DNA from: Candidatus Hadarchaeales archaeon
Lineage (GTDB): Archaea; Hadarchaeota; Hadarchaeia; Hadarchaeales; Hadarchaeaceae
Assembly (NCBI GenBank): GCA_038851565.1
Contig: JAWCKV010000005.1
Span: 1-31,981, forward strand
Direction: 5' to 3'
Length of the DNA stretch: 31,981 nt
Shown here: in pieces, positions 17,532 to 25,946 of the stretch
Layout: the number at the start of each line of letters is the position of its first letter
Numbering within the stretch: position 1 is the stretch's first letter
The notes under the pieces: generated by a model
The model's database searches: none
Told to the model about the DNA's origin: nothing
What the model saw: the letters and a program-made list of their open reading frames with translations, nothing else
Translations under genes and position numbers: made by a program

Positions 17532-18199
17532 TGATGGAGAACAGGGGTTCGGCTGCCCTCCTTGCCTTCTTCGCCATCTTCGTGATAGTAAGCTCGGTGG
17601 CCGCAGTGTACATGTTTGAGGCTGGTTACCGCGTCACCATGGGCGCCATGGGCATGAGGACCGCCACCGACGCCACGCGTGCCATGCTCAGGTCAATTGA
17701 ATGGGAGCTCAACAAAACGCTGAAGACCTCCATAGAGGCAGCCATGTTCGACATCGGCAGAATTGGGGGGACCAAGGAGGCCATAATCAGGGCGACGAGG
17801 GAAAACCTGAACTCAAGGATAGACGCAGGATGGGAATATCACAACTTTGAAGCGATAGAGGTCCCGCGCTGCAACGAGAACAGCCTGTCCCTGACATGGC
17901 TCCCAGATGGGAGCCTCCAGGCCACGGGGTACCTCAACTCAACCGTAACGCACATCTCTGGAATAAGGGGATTCGGCACCCGGCTGTCGGTGGGCGCCGT
18001 TCCCAGGTACGGGAGGATGTATTATCTCGCCCACATGGCATATGAAGAGGCCATGAGGGGAGGGAATGCACGGGAGATAGAAAGCAGGTACAATGAAAAG
18101 TACGCGTGCGAGCTTTTCACCTTTTTAGTCGAAACGATCGATGGGAGGATCCGGGTAACCGTGAAGGACGACTACGCAGGGGAGGCTCTCGCCGGATGA
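17531..18199 (+). CDS. Minor pilin-like protein with class III-like signal peptide
   Basis: True start is probably ATG 17531 or 17534 (TGATG overlap, GGTGA SD): MMENRG|SAALLAFFAIFVIVSSVAAV, about 222 aa. Confidence 0.75.
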   Translation: MMENRGSAALLAFFAIFVIVSSVAAVYMFEAGYRVTMGAMGMRTATDATRAMLRSIEWELNKTLKTSIEAAMFDIGRIGGTKEAIIRATRENLNSRIDAGWEYHNFEAIEVPRCNENSLSLTWLPDGSLQATGYLNSTVTHISGIRGFGTRLSVGAVPRYGRMYYLAHMAYEEAMRGGNAREIESRYNEKYACELFTFLVETIDGRIRVTVKDDYAGEALAG

Positions 18200-18240
18200 T
18201 CCGCCTGCATCAGTCTTTTATCCCTCCGGGCATATGAGGT

Positions 18241-19575
18241 GTGGTGCGACGCATGACCGCTGATGAGGAGATCATGCAGGCCGTGAAAAAGGAGGGCGTG
18301 AGGTTCGTGCAGATGCAGTTCACCGACATACTGGGAACCGTGAAAAACGTTACAATCCCAGCGACGAAGCTAGGAAAGGCGCTCGATGAGGGGATATTCT
18401 TCGACGGCTCCTCTGTGCTCGGGTACGCGACCATAGAGGAATCCGACATGAGGCTGAAGCCCGACCCCAACACCTTCGTGATCATTCCCTGGACCGAGGA
18501 TTCGATGAAGACGGCGAGGATGGTCTGCAACGTCTATGATCACGAGGGAAACAGGTTTGAGGGAGATCCGAGGTTTGCCCTCGAGCGCGTGATGAAGGCG
18601 GCAAGGGAGAAGGGGTGGGTTTTCTACACCGCGCCGGAGTATGAGTTCTTCCTCTTCCTCCTCGAAAACGGATCCCCCACGACGAAGCCATCCGACTACG
18701 GGGGGTATTTCGACCTGATGAGGGACAGGGGTGACTTCGTGAGAAAGGAGATCGTGACATATCTGGACGCCATGGGATTCGAGGTCGAGGCATCCCACCA
18801 TGAAGTGGCGCCCGGACAGCACGAGATAGACCTGAGGTACTCAGATGCCCTCACGTCAGCGGACAGGGTTGCCATGATGAAGTACGTCACGAAGAGCGTG
18901 GCGTACAAGCACGGGCTCTACGCGACATTCATGCCAAAGCCCATATTCGGGGTGAACGGCTCCGGCATGCACGTGCACCAGTCGCTGTTCACGCCCTCGG
19001 ACAAAAACGTCTTCCACGATCCCAAGGGACCTTACAAGCTCAGCAAAACATGCCTTCAGTTCATAGGGGGGCTGCTGAAGTACGCAAAGGAGATATGCGC
19101 GGTCCTTGCATCCTCCGTTAATTCCTACAAGAGGCTGGTGCCCGGCTACGAGGCCCCGGTCTACATCTCGTGGGCGAACAGGAACAGGAGCGCCTACATA
19201 AGGGTCCCGTCCGGACGTGGAGCGAGGACCAGGATAGAGCTGAGAAGCCCCGATCCGGCGGGCAATCCATACCTCCAGTTCACTGTGATGCTCGCGGCGG
19301 GGCTGAAGGGCATAGAGGAGGGGATAGAGCCGCCCGAGCCGGTTGAGAAGGACATATACAGGATGACCTCCGAGGAGAGGGAGGCCGCGGGAATAGAGAC
19401 CCTTCCGGAGAGCCTTGGCCAGGCGCTCGACTACATGCGCAGGAGCAAGCTCGTGAAGGATGCCCTGGGCGAGCACCTCTTCACGCACTTCCTGTACATA
19501 AAGGGAAAGGAGTGGGACGAGTACAAATCTCATGTTCACAGCTGGGAGATCGAAAAGCTGCTTCCGGCCCTCTAG
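18241..19575 (+). CDS. glnA: Glutamine synthetase type I
   Basis: FDGSS, HHEVAPGQHEI, ATFMPKP, GVNGSGMHVHQSL, NSYKRLVPGYEAP and RIELRSPDPAGNPYL. Start may be ATG 18253. Confidence 0.98.
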   Translation: MVRRMTADEEIMQAVKKEGVRFVQMQFTDILGTVKNVTIPATKLGKALDEGIFFDGSSVLGYATIEESDMRLKPDPNTFVIIPWTEDSMKTARMVCNVYDHEGNRFEGDPRFALERVMKAAREKGWVFYTAPEYEFFLFLLENGSPTTKPSDYGGYFDLMRDRGDFVRKEIVTYLDAMGFEVEASHHEVAPGQHEIDLRYSDALTSADRVAMMKYVTKSVAYKHGLYATFMPKPIFGVNGSGMHVHQSLFTPSDKNVFHDPKGPYKLSKTCLQFIGGLLKYAKEICAVLASSVNSYKRLVPGYEAPVYISWANRNRSAYIRVPSGRGARTRIELRSPDPAGNPYLQFTVMLAAGLKGIEEGIEPPEPVEKDIYRMTSEEREAAGIETLPESLGQALDYMRRSKLVKDALGEHLFTHFLYIKGKEWDEYKSHVHSWEIEKLLPAL

Positions 19576-19591
19576 ATGTGCGTGAGCCCAT

Positions 19592-20524
19592 ATGATGCCG
19601 GTGCTTCTCGCGGTGCTCTCTGGCATATGCTTCGGCTCATGGTCTCTCGCTCTGAAGAGGGCCAGAAAGGTCGGATTTGACGCCTTTTTTGCCGTATGGT
19701 ACGGCACGGTCTTCGGCGTGGTCTCTGCGGGATGTTTTGTCGCGGGCGGCGCTGAAATCCCGGGCAGACTTGGGTCGGCGGATTTGGGGAGTCTGGCGTG
19801 GGGAATTGGCGGTGGCCTGGGATGGGGGGTGGCAACTCTGACCTTTGGATATGCACTCACGCTGGTCGGGCTTGCCCTGGGATACGCCATCATTCTGGGG
19901 ATAGGGATGGTGGTTGGGACCTCAATATCTATGATGCTCCCATCCGGCGTTGCCCAGGGGCTCCAAGTGAACTATGGGATAATGGGCATGCTTGTGGCAC
20001 TTGGTGGAACTCTTCTCAGCGCTTACTCTGGACGCATGAAATCAGGTGACATGGAAGGAAGAAAGAACTTCAGGAAGGGCATACCGGTATGCGTCATATC
20101 TGGCCTCCTTTCCAGCCTGTTCGCGATCGGATACGGTGGGGCCAGAACAAATCTGGGCACTTGGGGAGCTATACTCCTGTTAGTGGCCGGTTTTTGGGCC
20201 GCACAGCTCATATCCCTCGCCGCGAGGTCAGCGCGCGGCAAGTCAAGCTTAAAAGTCAACGGGCTTGAGTCACTGCTTCCTGTGGCCGGAGGAGCAATTT
20301 TCGCAGCGGGAGTTCTCCTGCACTACGCCTCGGCTGATGTGGTGGGGGTGGCCCTATCATACCCCATGATGATGGGCATTCAGATACTGACCGGCAACCT
20401 GTGGTCAATCGGACTCGGCGAGTGGAAGTCAGCACCGAGGAAAGCCCTGGCACTTCAGATACTCTCACTGGCGATGCTGATGCTGGCTTCCACGCTTATA
20501 GGCAGAAGCATGCTCGGCTCTTGA
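19592..20524 (+). CDS. DMT-superfamily transporter (RhaT / GRP / ureide permease-like)
   Basis: 310 aa, about 10 TMs in two repeats. GGLGWGVATLTFGYALTLVGLALGYAIILG and NLWSIGLGEWK. Confidence 0.78.
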   Translation: MMPVLLAVLSGICFGSWSLALKRARKVGFDAFFAVWYGTVFGVVSAGCFVAGGAEIPGRLGSADLGSLAWGIGGGLGWGVATLTFGYALTLVGLALGYAIILGIGMVVGTSISMMLPSGVAQGLQVNYGIMGMLVALGGTLLSAYSGRMKSGDMEGRKNFRKGIPVCVISGLLSSLFAIGYGGARTNLGTWGAILLLVAGFWAAQLISLAARSARGKSSLKVNGLESLLPVAGGAIFAAGVLLHYASADVVGVALSYPMMMGIQILTGNLWSIGLGEWKSAPRKALALQILSLAMLMLASTLIGRSMLGS

Positions 20525-20818
20525 TTTCCTGCCCTTCTGATGAAAATGCATAGCCATGAGCTGAAAGGCCCTGCGCAGGAACATCACCTCTTCCCTAAGT
20601 TCCTCCAGGACCGTGCGCATGCCCTCGAGTTCGGCGGTCAACTTTGGCTTTTTATCCCCGCCATCTGGGATCTCGGACATCACGCGGTCGATGAGCATCT
20701 GGACCGCCTCGCCCCTCAGCCCCGCACCGGTGAGGACCTCGTAGATCTGAACTCCGCTGTATCCCTCCCTCAGCATGGAACGTATCAGGTCGGATGCGGC
20801 AAGCCCCCCTTCCCTCAT
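20465..20818 (-). CDS. Hypothetical small helical / coiled-coil protein
   Basis: 117 aa with amphipathic helices and a heptad-like LTAELEGMRTVLEELREEV. Fills an otherwise empty gap but overlaps the transporter 3' end by 60 nt. Confidence 0.55.
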   Translation of the reverse strand: MREGGLAASDLIRSMLREGYSGVQIYEVLTGAGLRGEAVQMLIDRVMSEIPDGGDKKPKLTAELEGMRTVLEELREEVMFLRRAFQLMAMHFHQKGRKSRAEHASAYKRGSQHQHRQ

Positions 20819-21001
20819 ATTTCATCGCTCCCTGAAGAACACCGGCAATTGGTGGATGTCCAATGGATCCCTAACGAATACCGCTCCTGCCATGAACCCC
20901 CTGAAACCTTGAGCCGAGGTGGGATTATAAGGCAAAAGCCCCAGGCAAGCCCACCATGCGGCTCCTCTCACAACCAATATTAGATGGCCGCGCAGAGGTA
21001 A

Positions 21002-23116
21002 ATGGAAAAAATGATCAAGAGGCTCGTGATCTGCGAAAAACCAGCTGCGGCGGTCAAGATAGCTTCTGCGATCTCCGGCGGCGGGCATGTGGAAAAGAAA
21101 ATGAATGGAGTTCCGTACTACGAGATCTACAGGGGGGAAGAGAAAATCGTCGTGGTGCCCGCGCTAGGCCACCTATTCACTCTTAAAAACACCAGACCGA
21201 TGCGTGACTATCCGGTTTATGATGTGGACTGGGTGCCGGTTTATGAGGCCGACAGAAGGGCATCCCGTGCTAGGATCTTTGTGGAGGCGATAAGAGAGCT
21301 GGCCAAGAATGCAACGGATTACATCTCGGCCTGCGATTTCGACATCGAGGGATCTGTCATAGCCTTCATGATTCTGAAATATCTCTGCGGTGAAGATGCC
21401 GTTAAACGCGCGAAGCGCATGAAATTCTCAACCCTGACCGTGGAGGAACTACGGCGCTCATACGAGAATCCGATGCCACGGCTGGATTTCGAGCAGATAG
21501 AGGCGGGAATTGCCAGACACGTAATGGACTGGTACTGGGGAATAAACACCTCTCTGGCGCTCAGTTCGGCGGTGAAGGCTGCAGAACAGCGCTTCGCCAA
21601 GCTCTCGGCCGGAAGGGTCCAGACTCCCACCCTGAAGATACTGGCGGACCGCGAAAGGGAGATAAGGACTTTCAGGCCGGAACCCTACTGGGCGATCAGG
21701 CTGCTGCTTGACGTCTGCGGCGATGAGATCGCTGCCGCCCACGCCACGCCAAGATTCTTCGACAAGGATCAGGCACAGAGGGTGCTCGAGGTCTGCAGAG
21801 GGAAACCGGCGAAGGTATCATCTATTAATCTAAGGCAGTACAGGCGCCTTCCTCCCGTACCTTTCGACCTTGGCACGCTCCAAGCTGAGGCCTACAGATG
21901 CTTCGGTTACACACCAATGAGGACGCAACAGCTGGCCCAGGACCTATACCTTGCCGGACTTATCTCATATCCCAGAACTTCGAGCCAGAAGCTGCCAGTT
22001 ATCATAGGATATGAGAGAATAGTGAAAAAACTTGGAGAGATAGAGGCGTATCAAAAACTCGCAAATGACCTCCTAGCGATGCCAAAGCTCATTCCGAACG
22101 AGGGGAAGAAAAGCGACCCGGCACACCCGTCTATACACCCCACCGGAGAAAACCCCGGAGGAATATCTGGCCAGCACAGAAAGCTCTATGACCTGATTGT
22201 CAGGCGCTTTCTGTCAGTTTTCGGTGAGCCTGCCACCCTCGAAGGAATGAAGGTAGAACTCGAAGTCGGAGGTGAGCCATTCCTGATTCACGGCCGCAGG
22301 ATAATTGACGAGGGCTGGCTGAAGTACTACGGCCAGTACGGGGCCTCCGAAGAAATAATTCTGCCAAAGATACGGGAGGGCGACACGCTACCAGTGAAGG
22401 ACATCGTTCTTGAAGAGAAGGAAACGCAACCCCCGCCGCGGTACAACCCGGCATCCATCGTCAAGAAGATGGAGGAGATCGGCATCGGAACCAAGAGCAC
22501 GAGGGCCACAATTGTTCAGCATCTTTACGAGAGGGAGTACATCCACGGATCCCAGATAACCGTCACGGATCTGGGCCTAGCCGTGGTGGACGCCATCCTC
22601 AAACACTGCCCGGAGATAGCTAGCGAGGAGCTAACCGCAGAGTTTGAGCGGGAGATGGATGCAATACAGGAGGGCAGGAAGACCAAGGAGGAGGTGATCG
22701 CTAGGGCACGCGCTGAACTCGACAAGATCCTCTCGAAGTTCAGGGAGCACGAGATGGACATAGGAAAGGAGCTTGCAGAGGCCCACAGACTGACCAGAAT
22801 GAAGCAGGGCCTCTTGGGAAAATGCCAGAGGTGCGGCGGGGACCTGAGGATAATAGTCTCCAGGACCAGCCGAAAGAGATTTGCCGGATGCTCAAACTAT
22901 CCCAGGTGCAGCCAGACTTTTCCTCTCCCGCAGTCTGGTACAATCGTGCCGCTGAACAAAAAATGTGAAAAATGCGGGTCACCGATTGTCCAGGTGAACC
23001 GGCCCGGGAGGAGGCCCTACAGGATGTGCCTGAACCCACAATGCGAGAGCAAGGATGGTTGGAACAGAAATGCCGGCGGAAGCGATCTCCATCAGAAACA
23101 TCGAGGCGAGCCCTAA
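21002..23116 (+). CDS. topA: DNA topoisomerase IA with C-terminal C4 zinc ribbons
   Basis: ICEKP (TOPRIM), ACDFDIEG, SAGRVQTPTL, catalytic ISYPRT, GIGTKSTR and two CxxC-rich zinc ribbons. Confidence 0.97.
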   Translation: MEKMIKRLVICEKPAAAVKIASAISGGGHVEKKMNGVPYYEIYRGEEKIVVVPALGHLFTLKNTRPMRDYPVYDVDWVPVYEADRRASRARIFVEAIRELAKNATDYISACDFDIEGSVIAFMILKYLCGEDAVKRAKRMKFSTLTVEELRRSYENPMPRLDFEQIEAGIARHVMDWYWGINTSLALSSAVKAAEQRFAKLSAGRVQTPTLKILADREREIRTFRPEPYWAIRLLLDVCGDEIAAAHATPRFFDKDQAQRVLEVCRGKPAKVSSINLRQYRRLPPVPFDLGTLQAEAYRCFGYTPMRTQQLAQDLYLAGLISYPRTSSQKLPVIIGYERIVKKLGEIEAYQKLANDLLAMPKLIPNEGKKSDPAHPSIHPTGENPGGISGQHRKLYDLIVRRFLSVFGEPATLEGMKVELEVGGEPFLIHGRRIIDEGWLKYYGQYGASEEIILPKIREGDTLPVKDIVLEEKETQPPPRYNPASIVKKMEEIGIGTKSTRATIVQHLYEREYIHGSQITVTDLGLAVVDAILKHCPEIASEELTAEFEREMDAIQEGRKTKEEVIARARAELDKILSKFREHEMDIGKELAEAHRLTRMKQGLLGKCQRCGGDLRIIVSRTSRKRFAGCSNYPRCSQTFPLPQSGTIVPLNKKCEKCGSPIVQVNRPGRRPYRMCLNPQCESKDGWNRNAGGSDLHQKHRGEP

Positions 23117-23128
23117 TGCGCAGTGGGT

Positions 23129-25417
23129 TCATTTCCTCGCGCCAGCTAGGGCGAAATGGGCGAGCATCGCCTCAAGCTGCAGGCGCTCGTTTGCGCCTTG
23201 AGTGATCCTGAATGAGAACTCGCCGACCTTGTCAACAAGCTCCACCTTCATCTGCTCCGGTATCTTCAGCTCAAATATCTCCCTGTGAACCTGTTCAAGC
23301 ACATCCTCCCCGGCCAGCCCTCTATCTATCAAGAGGGAGTGCAATTTTTCCCTCGCCTCCGCGAACTTCCCGGCGAGCGCAAGCTCCAGCATCTCCCTCA
23401 CGTCTTCCGGACTGACGGCCGCGCTGACCTCGTATATCGCCTTGTCTGTTATCCTCTTGCCAAGCGCGGCCGCTGCCTGCAGGACATTTATGGCCTTGCG
23501 CATATCCCCGCCGCTCACGTAGAATATGGCCTTTATGACCTCGGGCCCGACTGTGAGCTTTTCCGCCTTAGCGATCCGCTTCACCATCTCCCCCACATCG
23601 TCCTCCGTCAGGCGCCTGAACCTGAAGACCGCGCATCGTGACTGAATGGGCTCTATTATGCGGCTCGAGAAGTTGCAGTCGAGGATGAACCTTGTGCTCT
23701 GGGAGAACATCTCCATGGTCCTGCGCAGCGCGTGCTGGGCGTCGGCGGTCAGCGCGTCGCTTTCGTCGAGGATGATCAGCTTGTAGGGAACGTCGCCTAT
23801 GGGCCGCGTCCTCGCGTAGTCCTTCACCTTTGTCCTTATGGTGTCTATCCCCCGCTCGTCGCTGTTGTGCAGAAGGACTGGCGTGCTGCCGCCCCAGAAC
23901 ATCTCTGTACCCGGAACCGAAACGTCATAAACGTAACCGGCGTAGGGAGATATATCCACGCTCTTTATTAGGACAGCTGACAGAGGAGAGCAAACAAGCT
24001 TCATGAGCCGTAGGATCTCCTTCCTTTTCCACAAACCTTTTTCCTTGATGAACTCCAAGAGGGCTGACTTTGAAAGGCGTCTGCTTCTTTTGTGATACAG
24101 CGAGTGCCTGAGGAAGTACCTGAACGATGGAATATTCAACCTTTCAAATGCCCTGATGAAGGGCTCAGCGGGCAGAAGGTCTGTTTTTATGTAGGAGTAC
24201 GATGGAAGCTTCCAGATAATTCTGGTTTCTCCATCGTAAATCGAAGTATCCAAGTTGGATATCCTGCCCAACCAAGCAACGTCCACCAGGCACTCCTGGG
24301 ACCTCGAGGAGTACCTGATGTACTCGCCCCACTCGCCCGCAGCGTCTCCAGCATAGCCCCTCATGAAAGCGAGCCTCTGCTCAACTGGAGATCCATATAT
24401 GAATCCCGGAACCCTTTTGGTCCTCGCACTTTTCTCTTCGGCTCCGTTGTAGAAGTTGCACAGCAGGAACCGCGCGAGCTGAGTGTTGAAAATCTTGATT
24501 TGACGGGCTGAAACAACGTCGCGGTTAAAGCCGGAAGGGGCATCCAACTGCTGATGATCTAGATCCAGCCTATCATCCAACGTGCGCTGAAGCCTTTCGA
24601 TCACATCTGCCTCATGCATGCCCAGGGTGAAGATAGTGACGCCGCTGGTGCCAGATCTATCCAGACAGGCGCAGCCCTCTGCCAGATACGTGCCGAAAAG
24701 CCAGGCGATATCCTCGTCTAGGGGCACATTTCTCAGCACTTTTTTTATCTTTGGGTTTCTCACGATGCCGCTCCTGAGGGCCACAAACTCATTTGGCCGA
24801 TGGGCATCCAAATTCACCTCTGTAGGAGAACCGGGGATCTCGTCCCTGAACGTCACCAGATGGTCGCCGGGCCTTATGTCAGCGACCGCCTTCGGCACGA
24901 GCTCACCTTTTTCGTCTATTACGATCACCGAGTGATCGAGACTTGTTCTTATCACGCCTCCCTCATATCTCACTGTGGCAATCCTATCTACTCTGTGTCT
25001 TGAAATTACGCTGGCAGGCATGAAACGTGGCCTGTAATTTTCATCTAGGGATAGTATCTCGAGTCCTACAGGATACACGTATTTTCGGTCGGATGACCCA
25101 AAGAAAATTTTATCAAGTTCCCCGAAGTTCGTTCGCTTGATTTTACCGTTCAGGCGAACCAGAATGGGAGTTTCGGGCGCAACGCTCGCGTTCAGCTCGA
25201 GCAGGTTCTGCCTCCACCCCTCTCCGAACAGCTCTCGCGCTATGCAGAGGGCAGCCGTAGTCTTCCCAGTACCCGCAGGTCCCGCAAACAGGAGATGCGG
25301 CAGGGACTTCTTCTCAACGAAGCTCTGAAGCCTTTTCACGATCTCCTGCTGTCCAACCATCTCATCCAGCTTTTTAGGCCTGTACTTCTCGATCCATATC
25401 TCCTCTGACTCAACCAT
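23129..25417 (-). CDS. rfcS: Replication factor C small subunit, intein-containing
   Basis: WIEKYRP, GPAGTGKTT, LELNA|intein|SDERGID, LDESD and IQSRC. Spliced product is 321 aa. Confidence 0.96.
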   Translation of the reverse strand: MVESEEIWIEKYRPKKLDEMVGQQEIVKRLQSFVEKKSLPHLLFAGPAGTGKTTAALCIARELFGEGWRQNLLELNASVAPETPILVRLNGKIKRTNFGELDKIFFGSSDRKYVYPVGLEILSLDENYRPRFMPASVISRHRVDRIATVRYEGGVIRTSLDHSVIVIDEKGELVPKAVADIRPGDHLVTFRDEIPGSPTEVNLDAHRPNEFVALRSGIVRNPKIKKVLRNVPLDEDIAWLFGTYLAEGCACLDRSGTSGVTIFTLGMHEADVIERLQRTLDDRLDLDHQQLDAPSGFNRDVVSARQIKIFNTQLARFLLCNFYNGAEEKSARTKRVPGFIYGSPVEQRLAFMRGYAGDAAGEWGEYIRYSSRSQECLVDVAWLGRISNLDTSIYDGETRIIWKLPSYSYIKTDLLPAEPFIRAFERLNIPSFRYFLRHSLYHKRSRRLSKSALLEFIKEKGLWKRKEILRLMKLVCSPLSAVLIKSVDISPYAGYVYDVSVPGTEMFWGGSTPVLLHNSDERGIDTIRTKVKDYARTRPIGDVPYKLIILDESDALTADAQHALRRTMEMFSQSTRFILDCNFSSRIIEPIQSRCAVFRFRRLTEDDVGEMVKRIAKAEKLTVGPEVIKAIFYVSGGDMRKAINVLQAAAALGKRITDKAIYEVSAAVSPEDVREMLELALAGKFAEAREKLHSLLIDRGLAGEDVLEQVHREIFELKIPEQMKVELVDKVGEFSFRITQGANERLQLEAMLAHFALAGARK
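23864..25186 (-). mobile_element. 441-aa intein with LAGLIDADG homing-endonuclease domain
   Basis: Starts SVAPETPILV; block B-like RTSLDHS; block C WLFGTYLAEG; block E FMRGYAGDAAG; block F YVYDVSV; ends LLHN before +1 Ser. Confidence 0.95.
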
Positions 25418-25458
25418 GCTCTCAACTACCCTCGCTCAACACAGATAAAAATGGGAGG

Positions 25459-25848
25459 TCATGATCTTCTGCCACCATCGCCCTGCGCCTCCAGGACTCT
25501 CCTGATGATCCTCCTCGAGTTCCTGAAAGACCTCAAAAGGCTGCCCACAACCGTCTCCACCACCTCGCGCTCGAATCTGCCCCTGGACACTTTCACCCTG
25601 TAAACGTACCTCAGCCCTCCCCTTCCCCTCCCTATGCTGGAAGAGAGCAGCCCCTTCTTGCAGAGGGCGTTCATTGTGGAGTTCACCTTTGACCTGCAGA
25701 CCCTCTGCCTGCTGTTGAGTAGGCTGTACACGGTTCTGGCGGTTGCCCTCTTCTCCTTCCACATGATCTTCATTATCTCTGACTCCAGCTGGCTCAGAAC
25801 AGTTCTCGGTCCCTCCTCACCGGGTCTATACTCGGTCCAGCCAAACAC
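25459..25848 (-). CDS. BlaI/MecI/CopY-family transcriptional regulator
   Basis: LSQLESEIMKIMWK...ATARTVY...TMNALCKKGLL...YVYRVKVSR. Start inferred at GTG 25848 behind a GGTGA SD, not at 26124. Confidence 0.85.
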   Translation of the reverse strand: MFGWTEYRPGEEGPRTVLSQLESEIMKIMWKEKRATARTVYSLLNSRQRVCRSKVNSTMNALCKKGLLSSSIGRGRGGLRYVYRVKVSRGRFEREVVETVVGSLLRSFRNSRRIIRRVLEAQGDGGRRS

Positions 25849-25946
25849 CCAGATCACCGAAGCGCAAACGCACATTGTACGTTCAAAAATAAAAACTTTG
25901 GCCATGGATGTTTTTAGGTTAAAAAGGGAAGTAGGTTGGGGTCCAA

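Noticed and set aside
11623..18199. Archaellum or conjugative T4SS interpretation of the operon
   Set aside because: No FlaH/FlaF/FlaG or archaellin-type N-terminus, and no VirB4, VirD4 or relaxase genes are present.
18856..19893. 345-aa minus-strand ORF, and similar long antisense ORFs such as 4037-4849, 14288-14890 and 9929-10510
   Set aside because: They lie opposite well-supported genes, have no recognisable motifs, and are expected in GC-rich coding DNA.
20822..21088. 88-aa minus-strand ORF upstream of the 117-aa hypothetical gene
   Set aside because: It overlaps the topA start and has no recognisable features. A shorter peptide cannot be excluded but is unsupported.
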